Source of the DNA: Minisyncoccia bacterium
GTDB lineage: Bacteria; Patescibacteriota; Minisyncoccia; Phycocordibacterales; UBA6065
Assembly: GCA_044233485.1 (NCBI GenBank)
Contig: JBIIJY010000005.1
Location: forward strand, 26,815-50,814
Length of the DNA stretch: 24,000 nucleotides
Reading direction: 5' to 3'
Every line of letters begins with the position of its first letter. Position 1 is the first letter of the stretch. Under the pieces are notes generated by a model. The model ran no database searches, had not been told where the DNA came from, and saw only the letters and a program-made list of their open reading frames with translations. The position numbers and the translations under genes were made by a program. Positions 1 to 8,371 of the stretch are shown here, piece after piece.

Positions 1-24
1 CTCGTATCCCGGATCGATTGCCAT
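1..24 (-). CDS. ruvC: Probable 5' tip of crossover junction endodeoxyribonuclease RuvC (partial, continues off window)
   Basis: Minus-strand ATG at 24-22 followed by MAIDPGYE. IDPG matches the N-terminal catalytic-Asp motif of RuvC. It lies 5 nt downstream of the yebC stop, the usual yebC-ruvC neighbourhood. Only 8 codons are visible. Confidence 0.35.
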
Positions 25-29
25 GACCC

Positions 30-560
30 TCATTGGGCGTTTGTTATCACTTCCTGAACTTCTTCATTGGCCTCGAGGTCTTCAATAAGAAGGCTTAATT
101 TTTCAAAATCAACTTCAGTAAGCTCGGTTGGCGAGAGAGGGGTCCATTCATTGTTTTCTTTAGTGAACGCCCACGCAGCAGAGCCGGGTACTCCAAGGGT
201 AGATTCGTGAGTGGTTAAGATGTGTTTTATCTCAGCAGCCGCTTTGTTGCGATTACTCGTAAGTGCCTCAATCAAAATTGCACACCCACCAGGACCAAAA
301 CATTCATAGGTAAGGAGTTCTAGTTGTGCTGATGAATCACCAACAGCTTTTTTAATTGCTCGTTCAATAGAATCATTGGGCATGTTTTCTTTTCGTGCCC
401 GCTCAATTGCACTTACGAGTCCTGGAGATTCGAGATTGCCGCGAGCTTTCTTGGCTTCATTACAAATAAGCTTTGCGTATTTCGTGAACACACGCGCTTT
501 TGCACCGTCGGTTTTTGCCTTTTGTCTCTTTATTTGAGTCCATTTATTATGTCCAGCCAT
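30..560 (-). CDS. yebC: YebC/PmpR family DNA-binding regulatory protein
   Basis: 176-aa ORF. The N-terminus MAGHNKWTQIKRQKAKTDGAKARVFTKYAKLI is the hallmark of the YebC family. It is shorter than typical members (~240 aa). Confidence 0.85.
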   Translation of the reverse strand: MAGHNKWTQIKRQKAKTDGAKARVFTKYAKLICNEAKKARGNLESPGLVSAIERARKENMPNDSIERAIKKAVGDSSAQLELLTYECFGPGGCAILIEALTSNRNKAAAEIKHILTTHESTLGVPGSAAWAFTKENNEWTPLSPTELTEVDFEKLSLLIEDLEANEEVQEVITNAQ

Positions 561-604
561 ACAAGCAAGTATAGTAGAGTCACCAGAAAGACTTCAAGGT
601 GCAG

Positions 605-1603
605 TTATTTTGTAATGTGGGCGTAGGCGCGTTCGGTGGCGATTCGACCTCGCGGAGTACGTTCAAGAAAACCCAGTTGCAAAAGATAGGGTTCGTATAC
701 ATCCTCAATTGTCCCGCTTTCTTCCGATAGGGCAGCCGCCAATGTTCCAACACCGACTGGACCACCTTTAAATTTATCAATTAAGGTTGTAAGGAGGGCA
801 CGATCAGCACTGTTGAGTCCTTCTGCATCAATTCCGATTTTCTTCAAGGCCTCAAGGACGATTGGGAGTGAAAGGTGTGAGTTGTTCATCTGTGCTAAGT
901 CACGTGAACGCTTGAGTAGGTAATTGGCTGTTCGTGGGGTGAAGCGTGAACGTCGGGCAATTTCAAAAGCTGCCTGAGGATCAAGTTCAATTTCAAGCAG
1001 TTTTGCCGAATGAGTGATGATTTTTTCTATTTCAGGGACAGTGTAGTACTCGAGTTTGAATACGCCGCCAGAAAAACGAGAGCGAAGTGGAGCAGAAAGT
1101 TCAGAGATGCGGGTAGTTGCGCCAATAAGTGTAAAAGGAGGGAGATCGAGTTGTATGGTGCGTGCAGAAGGCCCTTTTCCAATGATGATATCAAGTGTCC
1201 CTGACTCCATTGCGGGGTAGAGCACTTCCTCGATGTTTTTATTCAAACGATGAATCTCGTCAATAAAGAGAATGTCTTGTGCGCTGAGATTTGAAAGAAT
1301 AGAAGCTAAATCACCAACTTTTTCTATAGCTGGGCCAGAAGTAACTTTGAGTTGTGCACCAAGTTCTCGGGCGATCAGGTGCGCGAGGGTGGTTTTTCCA
1401 AGACCTGGAGGTCCATACAGGAGGATGTGTTCAGGTGGGTGGCCTCGTTTTTGAGCGGCGGTGAGGAGAATGTGTAAATTATCTTTGATTTGCTCTTGAC
1501 CAATATACAAATCCCAACTTTTTGGACGAAGAGTTTGGTCGAGATAGAGTGAGTCTGGGTTTTTCGGAAGAGGTGAGTCCATAGATGGAGTTAATAGTAG
1601 CAA
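605..1603 (-). CDS. ruvB: Holliday junction branch migration ATPase RuvB
   Basis: 332 aa. Walker A GPPGLGKTTLA, Walker B FIDEIHRL, and a C-terminal winged-helix region typical of RuvB. Confidence 0.95.
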   Translation of the reverse strand: MLLLTPSMDSPLPKNPDSLYLDQTLRPKSWDLYIGQEQIKDNLHILLTAAQKRGHPPEHILLYGPPGLGKTTLAHLIARELGAQLKVTSGPAIEKVGDLASILSNLSAQDILFIDEIHRLNKNIEEVLYPAMESGTLDIIIGKGPSARTIQLDLPPFTLIGATTRISELSAPLRSRFSGGVFKLEYYTVPEIEKIITHSAKLLEIELDPQAAFEIARRSRFTPRTANYLLKRSRDLAQMNNSHLSLPIVLEALKKIGIDAEGLNSADRALLTTLIDKFKGGPVGVGTLAAALSEESGTIEDVYEPYLLQLGFLERTPRGRIATERAYAHITK

Positions 1604-1625
1604 AAAACAAAAGAAAACGAGGTGC

Positions 1626-1653
1626 TTGACAAAAAGGTGGAGTGTGCTATACT
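1626..1653 (+). promoter_or_regulatory. Sigma70-type promoter with extended -10
   Basis: TTGACA (1626-1631), 16-nt spacer, TGcTATACT (TATACT at 1648-1653). It points away from both flanking minus-strand genes and toward the structured region 1660-1849. Confidence 0.6.
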
Positions 1654-1659
1654 AATATT

Positions 1660-1849
1660 CTGAATCGAATATTGAAATACAACGCTTCAAAAGCCTTCTA
1701 GCAATTACGCCCCGAGCGTACTAGGTCTCGCTGATACGACATTCTGGTGCATCTCTTTATGATCTGTTCCTGGGATTATCGTAGATGGATTCCTTACCTT
1801 CTCGAATTTCGAGAAGCCATTGCTAGGAGACTTTTGCAGCGTTTTTTTA
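1660..1849 (+). ncRNA. Candidate structured small RNA (6S-like architecture; family not identified)
   Basis: No ORF. 1681-1705 pairs with 1819-1843 (23 of 25 positions, including one G-U) to form a long closing stem. Internal hairpins lie at 1706-1720 (UACGC/GCGUA) and 1798-1816 (CUUCUCGA/UCGAGAAG). A T7 run at 1842-1848 follows the closing stem. A dedicated consensus promoter sits just upstream. Confidence 0.4.
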
Positions 1850-1957
1850 TTTGTTCAAACAACTTATACGGACAAGTATACGTGAAGTGATTGACTGTGC
1901 AAGAGAAAAAAGTGTGCGTACGTTTAAACTTTTACACTGTCAATTTAAATTTTTTAA

Positions 1958-3640
1958 TTACGAGAAATCTTCGAGGTCGATTACTCGTGAGAGTTCTTCA
2001 AAAGTTGTCTGTCCTTGAAGAATTTTAATTACTCCATCTTGTCGCATATCAGGAATTCCTTGTTTTTGTGCAAGTAATTTAATATCACGCTCGCTCGCGT
2101 TGGTCACAATAAGCCGTTCGAGGTCAGCACTACGTAGCACTACCTCAAAGACACCAATTCGACCCTTGTATCCATCATGGCAGGCATCACAGCCGCTTCC
2201 TTTTTCAAAAATCTTCTCATACTGAAGTCCACTCGTGTACTTTGTTCCGGCTAGTGGGGTAAGTATTTTTGAAATAAGCTCAGCTTGTGGTGGAGTGACG
2301 CTCTTTTCAGTTCGACAGATTGGACAAAGTTTTCGGATCAGTCGCTGTGCCATAGAGACTCGCACTGCTGAAGGTAGTGTTTTCGGATCAACGCCAAGCT
2401 CAATGAGGCGAGGGAAGGTGCCGGCGGCGTTGTTGGTGTGAAGAGTTGAGAACACAAGGTGACCAGTGAGGGCAGCTTCAGTGGCGGTCTTGGCAGTCTC
2501 ACTATCTCGAATTTCTCCAACGAGTATCACGTCTGGATCCTGTCGAAGAACCGAACGTAGTCCAAGTCCGAAGGTATAACTCTTGTCAGCGTTTACTTGA
2601 GTTTGAACAATACCATCAAGGTGGTACTCGATCGGGTCTTCGATGGTAATAATTTTAATTGTTGGTTCATAGACTTTTCGGAGCACTGCATAGAGGGTTG
2701 TTGTTTTTCCTGAACCAGTCGGGCCAGTGGTAAGAAACATACCTTCAGGGCGATTGATCTCACGGTCTACTATCTCAAGAAGGTCGCTACTCATCCCAAG
2801 AGCTTCAAGTGGAACATTGATTGCCTCTGGGTTCAAAATACGAAGCACGACAGACTCGTTATAAGCTCCAGGTAAAATTGACGTTCGAATTTCTATCTCA
2901 GTGGCATCAAGTTCAACTGAGAAACGACCGTCTTGTGCTTCAGTCTTCACATTGAGTTTTAAACCCGAGAGGAGTTTTACACGAGAGAGAAGGAGGTTGT
3001 ATGTTTCGTGGTCAAAACTGAAAACATCTCGCAGTACACCGTCGAGTCGATAGCGCAGCCGCACCTTCTCTTCCTCTGGTTCAATGTGCACATCCGACGC
3101 TTTTAGTGCAAAACCGCCAGCCAGCACCGCCTCGATGATTTTTGAAATTCGATGACTTCGCTGAAGGTGCGAGATTTCCTCCATAGTGTTCGAGACATCC
3201 CCAACACTCTTCATTTGAGTGATGTATTTTTTAATATCACTATTTGAAATCTCGAGGGCACCAGCCTTACTTTCTTCAGCAAATGAAAGATCTTTATAGC
3301 GTGCCCACACTTTTTCAAGGCTTGCTTTCGAAACCATAATGAGTGTTGGTTCAAAGTTTTTACGAGTGAGCCCGGCGACCACTTCCAGTGTTTTAGGAAA
3401 TGTGGGTGAGTAGACCGCAAGTTTCACTTTTCGATCAACAACAGCAAATGGGGCACAGAGCGCTGTACGTGCAGTCACTTCATCGACGAGGCGAAGGGCA
3501 TCCATATTCACCGGAACTGTGCCGAGGTCAGCATAGGCAAGTCCGTGTCGTACTGAGAGTGTTCGGGCCATATCCTCCTCCTCTTTTTTACGAAGTTCTT
3601 CGAAGTGTTCTTTAGTTTTTGCGTCGCCAAAATTCAACAT
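1958..3640 (-). CDS. pilB: Type IV pilus / type II secretion assembly ATPase (PilB/GspE family)
   Basis: 560 aa. Walker A GPTGSGKTTT, Walker B/Asp box ILVGEIRD, His box TGHLVFSTLHTN, tetracysteine CPIC...CDAC, and an N-terminal GSPII-like domain. Confidence 0.9.
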   Translation of the reverse strand: MLNFGDAKTKEHFEELRKKEEEDMARTLSVRHGLAYADLGTVPVNMDALRLVDEVTARTALCAPFAVVDRKVKLAVYSPTFPKTLEVVAGLTRKNFEPTLIMVSKASLEKVWARYKDLSFAEESKAGALEISNSDIKKYITQMKSVGDVSNTMEEISHLQRSHRISKIIEAVLAGGFALKASDVHIEPEEEKVRLRYRLDGVLRDVFSFDHETYNLLLSRVKLLSGLKLNVKTEAQDGRFSVELDATEIEIRTSILPGAYNESVVLRILNPEAINVPLEALGMSSDLLEIVDREINRPEGMFLTTGPTGSGKTTTLYAVLRKVYEPTIKIITIEDPIEYHLDGIVQTQVNADKSYTFGLGLRSVLRQDPDVILVGEIRDSETAKTATEAALTGHLVFSTLHTNNAAGTFPRLIELGVDPKTLPSAVRVSMAQRLIRKLCPICRTEKSVTPPQAELISKILTPLAGTKYTSGLQYEKIFEKGSGCDACHDGYKGRIGVFEVVLRSADLERLIVTNASERDIKLLAQKQGIPDMRQDGVIKILQGQTTFEELSRVIDLEDFS

Positions 3641-3691
3641 AGTGCTTCTATTGTACCTGTAAATGATGATTAAGAGGTGAGTGCGGGTATA

Positions 3692-3721
3692 TTGACAATA
3701 CTATGTTATGTATAGTATAAT
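3692..3721 (+). promoter_or_regulatory. Sigma70-type promoter, probably giving a leaderless mRNA
   Basis: TTGACA (3692-3697), 18-nt spacer, TATAAT (3716-3721). The ATG of the next ORF is at 3731, only 9 nt after the -10 box, and no SD is present. Confidence 0.55.
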
Positions 3722-3730
3722 ATATAGTAG

Positions 3731-4177
3731 ATGAAACTTGGCATCGGCAGGGTGGTCGTCGCGACACTTCTGCTATTTGTTGGAATTGCGATAAGTGGAT
3801 GTTCGATTGGTGGGGCTGCCGTGGCGAGTCCGGGTTTATTCCGGTTCAACCACGGCAACTTCGTCGAGGTGATCAACACCTCCACGCGCACTGTGCTTGT
3901 GCGCCCCTCAATGTATCAGCCGATCATAGTGCGGCCTGGGCAGACTGCTCAGGTTCCGCTCAATCGTTGGGTCAATCAACCCAACTATGTCGTGATCCTT
4001 GAGGCAACACCTCAAGGTCAGGCGATTCCGGGAGGGAACTTCCGCCAGTTCACCTACTGGATTTATAACGAACCGGCAGGGCCGGTTCAGCCGCCACCCA
4101 TTGTGGTGTCCGAAATGATCAACCAAGGACCGCCATATCTCCAGATTGGTGGTGGTGGGTCGCTTTTCGGGTGGTGA
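3731..4177 (+). CDS. Hypothetical lipoprotein
   Basis: 148 aa. Signal peptide with lipobox IAISG|C. Pro/Gly-rich, with no recognisable domain. Visibly GC-richer than its flanks, with its own promoter and terminator. Confidence 0.7.
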   Translation: MKLGIGRVVVATLLLFVGIAISGCSIGGAAVASPGLFRFNHGNFVEVINTSTRTVLVRPSMYQPIIVRPGQTAQVPLNRWVNQPNYVVILEATPQGQAIPGGNFRQFTYWIYNEPAGPVQPPPIVVSEMINQGPPYLQIGGGGSLFGW

Positions 4178-4188
4178 TTTACTTTCAG

Positions 4189-4225
4189 GGGGCGCGAAGC
4201 GAAGCTTCGCGCCCCTCTTTTCTTT
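4189..4225 (+). terminator. Rho-independent terminator
   Basis: GC-rich hairpin GGGGCGCGAAGC-gaa-GCTTCGCGCCCC (4189-4215) followed by TCTTTTCTTT. Confidence 0.8.
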
Positions 4226-4256
4226 ACAAACTAACTAGGTGTCGTAAGGTAGAGAT

Positions 4257-4685
4257 ATGGAATACCTCTCACGATCGCTTGAAGATACTGCCGGGTTTGC
4301 CCAAACACTCCTTGCACAGGCACTCCCACAAACAAAAGCCTGTGTAATCACCCTGACCGGAGAGCTTGGTTCTGGTAAAACCGCCCTAGTTAAGTTGTGT
4401 GCAAAAACTCTCGGTGTCACCGAAGAAATCACGAGCCCAACCTTTGTTATTTTTAAAAAATACTCTCTGACTAAGTCATCTTTTAAAACATTAGTTCACG
4501 TGGATGCGTACCGTCTAGAAAACACCAAAGAACTCGAACGCCTCCATTTTAAAGAAGAACTCGCCAATCCAGACAATCTTATTGTTATTGAATGGGCAGA
4601 GCGAGTCACTGATCTTGTACCAGTAGACGCTCTCAGGGTGAACTGTGAGTACGTCGACGAAACAACACGAAAATATTATCTGTAA
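4257..4685 (+). CDS. tsaE: tRNA threonylcarbamoyladenosine (t6A) biosynthesis ATPase TsaE
   Basis: 142 aa. P-loop GELGSGKT; size and layout match YjeE/TsaE. Confidence 0.8.
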   Translation: MEYLSRSLEDTAGFAQTLLAQALPQTKACVITLTGELGSGKTALVKLCAKTLGVTEEITSPTFVIFKKYSLTKSSFKTLVHVDAYRLENTKELERLHFKEELANPDNLIVIEWAERVTDLVPVDALRVNCEYVDETTRKYYL

Positions 4686-4724
4686 ACAGAGGGGCGACTT
4701 TGTGGTTTGCTACAATGAGTACTA

Positions 4725-7109
4725 ATGAAACAGACACAACGACTCGTACTCCTTGATGCCCACGCCATCCTCCATCGCGCCTATCACGCCCTCCCTGATT
4801 TTGCGACCTCACAAGGTGTTCCTACGGGTGCTTTGTATGGTTTTTCTACTATGGTGATGCATATTGTCAGTCAATTTAAACCCGACTATATTGTGGGGTG
4901 CTTTGATCTTCCTAAACCCACTTATCGCCATGTTGCCTATGAAGCCTACAAGACTGGTCGAGTGAAAACCGATGATGCGCTCGTCAGTCAACTTAAAAAA
5001 GCACAGGAGCTCTGCGTGAATCTTGGTATCCCGGTGTACTCCCTTGAAGGTTTTGAGGCTGACGACATGCTCGGAACCATTGTTCATACTCTCAAGGATA
5101 GTTTTGATATCGAGATACTTATTGCCTCGGGTGATATGGACACGCTTCAACTTGTTACTGATGACAAAGTGCGAGTGTTTACCTTAAAAAAAGGAATACA
5201 CGATACGATTATTTACAATGAAGACAAAGTAATTGAGCGATTTGGGTTCACTCCAAAACAAATTCCAGATTACAAAGGCCTTCGTGGCGATACTTCCGAT
5301 AATATAATTGGTATTAAAGGGATCGGGGAAAAGACTGCCACCATACTCATCAAAGAGTTTGGTACGGTAGAAGGTATGTATCAGGCTCTAGAGCAAGGTG
5401 ATGAGCGTTTTAGAAAAGTTGGCCTCGCCCCACGAATGATTGAGCTTATTCGTTCAGGTAAAGAAGAGGCTCTGTTTAGTAAAATGCTCGCGACGATTCG
5501 TGTTGATGCGCCAATACAATTCTCATTACCATCAAAGACGTGGCGAGAGGGAATTAATGAAGAAAATATCATCCACCTTTTTGGAGAATATGAGTTCCGC
5601 TCACTCCCTAAGCGATTCAAGGAGCTGCTTGCGGAGCTTGATGGCACGCAGGTAGAAAAGACTGAAATACTCGAGAGTGCAGAAGTGGTTGATCCAGCGC
5701 TTCTTCGCGAGACATTGCTTGCATTGTGGGTAGTAGACTCAAACTATACAAACCCAACAATTGAAGATGTATATACATTTGCTCAAACTCGTTCATTTGA
5801 AAAAGCTCGACAGATAATTACAACCGAACTCACTGCTCGTCAGGGTGTGTATGTATTTGAAGCAATTGAAAAGCCGCTGATTCCCGTGATCGACCAGATG
5901 CGCACCTGGGGTATAGCTATTGATTTGCCGCACCTGGCAAGTCTCAAACAAGAATATCGAGCAGCGGCTCTCGAGCTCGAGAAACAAATACATGCGTATG
6001 CGGGCACAGAGTTTAATATTGCTTCTCCAAAACAGCTGGCCGAAGTGCTATTCAACTCTCTTGGACTAAAAGGTAAAAATCAAAAAAAGACTTCGACGGG
6101 ACAGTTGTCGACCAAAGAGTCAGAGCTTGAAAAGTTGAAAGATGCACATCCGATCATCCCTTGTATTCTTTCGTATCGTGAACTGACTAAACTTCTTTCA
6201 ACCTATATCGAAGTAATACCAACGCTCACTGATACAGCAGGGCGCCTGCACAGTACACTCCTTCAAATGGGAACGACAACTGGCCGAATGGCTTCAGAGG
6301 ATCCAAACATTCAAAACATTCCGATCAAGAGTGCGCTAGGAAGGAGAATTCGGAGTGCGTTCGTCGCTGAGCCGGGTTGGGTGCTCGTGTCGTGTGACTA
6401 CTCACAAATCGAGCTCCGCTGTGCCGCTATCCTTTCAGGTGATGAGCGACTGATGGAGATTTTTAAAAACAATGAAGATATTCACCGCTCTGTTGCATCA
6501 CGGGTCTTTCATGTCTCACCAAGTGAAGTGACTCCAGAGATGCGTCGTAAGGCAAAGGTAATTAACTTTGGAATTCTCTATGGAATGGGAGCAAACGCCC
6601 TCAAAGCGAATCTTGAAGAGGGTGGTGATGTGGTAAGTCGGGCTGATGCACAAACCTATCTCGACGAATACTTTAAAGAATTCAGTGGGGTCGCTGCCTA
6701 TATCGAAGAGACAATTCGCCTTGCCACTGCCAAAGGCTACACTGAAACATTGTTTGGCCGTCGACGGTATTTTGAAAATATTAAGTCACGCATTCCATAC
6801 ATCAAAGCTCAAGCAGAACGTATGGCAATGAATGCCCCGATTCAAGGAACCAATGCCGATATTACCAAACTCGCCATGCAGGCTCTCTGGGGTGGGGTGC
6901 TCAAACAAGGTGCTCGAAGTGATGTTCGTATGCTCCTTCAAATTCATGATGAACTACTCTTTGAAATAAAAGAAGAAGTTTTTGAAACAATTATCCCTGA
7001 GCTATTACGAGTGATGGAGTCGGTCGTTCCGGCAGAGAAGAGAAAAGGGGTACCAATACGAGCCGAGGCAAAGTTTGGAAAGAATTGGGGAGAAATGAAG
7101 TCGGTTTAA
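4725..7109 (+). CDS. polA: DNA polymerase I
   Basis: 794 aa. N-terminal 5'-3' exonuclease/FEN domain (LLDAHAILHRAYHA; GIKGIGEKTA HhH). Family A polymerase motifs A (DYSQIELR), B (RRKAKVINFGILYG) and C (QIHDEL). Confidence 0.95.
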   Translation: MKQTQRLVLLDAHAILHRAYHALPDFATSQGVPTGALYGFSTMVMHIVSQFKPDYIVGCFDLPKPTYRHVAYEAYKTGRVKTDDALVSQLKKAQELCVNLGIPVYSLEGFEADDMLGTIVHTLKDSFDIEILIASGDMDTLQLVTDDKVRVFTLKKGIHDTIIYNEDKVIERFGFTPKQIPDYKGLRGDTSDNIIGIKGIGEKTATILIKEFGTVEGMYQALEQGDERFRKVGLAPRMIELIRSGKEEALFSKMLATIRVDAPIQFSLPSKTWREGINEENIIHLFGEYEFRSLPKRFKELLAELDGTQVEKTEILESAEVVDPALLRETLLALWVVDSNYTNPTIEDVYTFAQTRSFEKARQIITTELTARQGVYVFEAIEKPLIPVIDQMRTWGIAIDLPHLASLKQEYRAAALELEKQIHAYAGTEFNIASPKQLAEVLFNSLGLKGKNQKKTSTGQLSTKESELEKLKDAHPIIPCILSYRELTKLLSTYIEVIPTLTDTAGRLHSTLLQMGTTTGRMASEDPNIQNIPIKSALGRRIRSAFVAEPGWVLVSCDYSQIELRCAAILSGDERLMEIFKNNEDIHRSVASRVFHVSPSEVTPEMRRKAKVINFGILYGMGANALKANLEEGGDVVSRADAQTYLDEYFKEFSGVAAYIEETIRLATAKGYTETLFGRRRYFENIKSRIPYIKAQAERMAMNAPIQGTNADITKLAMQALWGGVLKQGARSDVRMLLQIHDELLFEIKEEVFETIIPELLRVMESVVPAEKRKGVPIRAEAKFGKNWGEMKSV

Positions 7110-7537
7110 AGCTCGAGTTTGTTGATTGTGTATGAATCGAGAAGCCAAATTTTTCTATCGGTCACCGAATTTACAAAGCGCATAATGACTGTGGCTTTCG
7201 CAAAATCAAATTCAATTTTTTCAGTAATCACAATCGGTTCATATTCCTGGGCAAATATATTTTTCAGTGTAAAAACTTTTGGATAGCCGTTGGTGGTAAC
7301 TGCGCTGTATTGGGCTTTAAGTCCACTTAGATAGGCACCATTGTCATCTGTAATAAAACTACCGAATTCTGCTGTGGCGATCTGGTCGAAGGCGTCAGTA
7401 TCGTAGGTGTTGATGAGGACTCGTGCTTTCGTGTCGTAAAAATCAGCAACGTGAATGAGTTGTATTCCACGAAGCATGAGTTGGTAAAATCCGAACACAA
7501 CTCCGAGAATGATGAGTATTGCAATAAGTGGTTTCAT
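7106..7537 (-). CDS. Hypothetical membrane-anchored protein
   Basis: 143 aa. Single N-terminal TM helix (PLIAILIILGVVFGFYQL). No recognisable domain. Its stop overlaps the polA stop (convergent genes). Confidence 0.6.
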   Translation of the reverse strand: MKPLIAILIILGVVFGFYQLMLRGIQLIHVADFYDTKARVLINTYDTDAFDQIATAEFGSFITDDNGAYLSGLKAQYSAVTTNGYPKVFTLKNIFAQEYEPIVITEKIEFDFAKATVIMRFVNSVTDRKIWLLDSYTINKLEL

Positions 7538-7554
7538 ACGAATACAATGAGTAT

Positions 7555-8217
7555 ATGCTCCATTGTATCGTCGGAACAGATTACTTCAAAATCGAGAAAG
7601 AACTCACCTCATTACGAGAGCGGTATTCGAAGCGGCTTGTCCATGCGTTTAGTCAGACAGAAGTGGGCCTGCAGGAAATACAAGAAGCTCTTTTCTCTCA
7701 AAGTTTTTTTGACGAAGAAAAATTGTTTATCATTTCGGATATTGAAGCACAGGACATCGAGACTCTCCTTCCTGAGATGGTTACTCAGGCAATAATATTT
7801 AAGATCCCTAAACTTCTCAAAAAAGAGCGAGAGTTTCTTGATTCACGTCAGGTTAAAATCCATGAAGTAAAAAACGATCGTGAGGTGGTTGAGGTGTTTG
7901 AACTCTCGGATGCGCTGTTTGCGTGGGACAAAAAACGCGCTTGGCTTGCACTCACCAGACTCCGTGAGACCAACGACATCGAGCCGATATTTGGAACCTA
8001 TCTCTGGGCTCTTAAAACAATATGTATTAGTCAGGGTGATGACGCCAAAACCCTCTCACCGTTTGTGCTTAGTAAATTAAAAGGTATCGGGAAGAAGGTT
8101 TCAGTTGAGGATATCCGTCGGCTTTGGTACGAAGCACTTTGTGCCTATCAGAGTGCTCGACGTGGGGAAGGCGAGCTTGCCTGGCTGCTTGAGAGGCAGC
8201 TCCTGGCAATGAAGTGA
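7555..8217 (+). CDS. Possible DNA polymerase III delta subunit (HolA-like), tentative
   Basis: I moved the start to ATG 7555 because the 7528 start would overlap the start of the divergent gene. About 220 aa, helical. It weakly resembles short HolA proteins of reduced genomes. The family call is from general resemblance only. Confidence 0.4.
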   Translation: MLHCIVGTDYFKIEKELTSLRERYSKRLVHAFSQTEVGLQEIQEALFSQSFFDEEKLFIISDIEAQDIETLLPEMVTQAIIFKIPKLLKKEREFLDSRQVKIHEVKNDREVVEVFELSDALFAWDKKRAWLALTRLRETNDIEPIFGTYLWALKTICISQGDDAKTLSPFVLSKLKGIGKKVSVEDIRRLWYEALCAYQSARRGEGELAWLLERQLLAMK

Positions 8218-8221
8218 TCTA

Positions 8222-8249
8222 TTGAAAAATATATAAAAACTGGTATAGT
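8222..8249 (+). promoter_or_regulatory. Promoter for tRNA-Lys
   Basis: TTGAAA (8222-8227), 16-nt spacer, TGgTATAGT (TATAGT at 8244-8249), about 24 nt upstream of the tRNA. Confidence 0.55.
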
Positions 8250-8272
8250 TTTTGTCTGTATCGTGTATATAT

Positions 8273-8345
8273 GCGCCCGTAGCTCAGTCGGTAGAGCATC
8301 TCCCTTTTAAGGAGTGGGTCGTTGGTTCGATTCCAACCGGGCGCA
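8273..8345 (+). tRNA. tRNA-Lys (anticodon UUU)
   Basis: Cloverleaf read by eye. Acceptor GCGCCCG/CGGGCGC, D arm GCTC-AGTCGGTA-GAGC, anticodon loop CUUUUAA, T arm GTTGG-TTCGATT-CCAAC, discriminator A. CCA is not encoded. Confidence 0.9.
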
Positions 8346-8371
8346 CAAAACGACGTTGAGGCGTAACGTAG

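Noticed and set aside
580-780. 66-aa minus-strand ORF overlapping the 3' end of ruvB, plus small plus-strand ORFs 1010-1204 and 1272-1454
   Set aside because: They lie in alternative frames entirely within the well-supported ruvB gene, with no independent signals.
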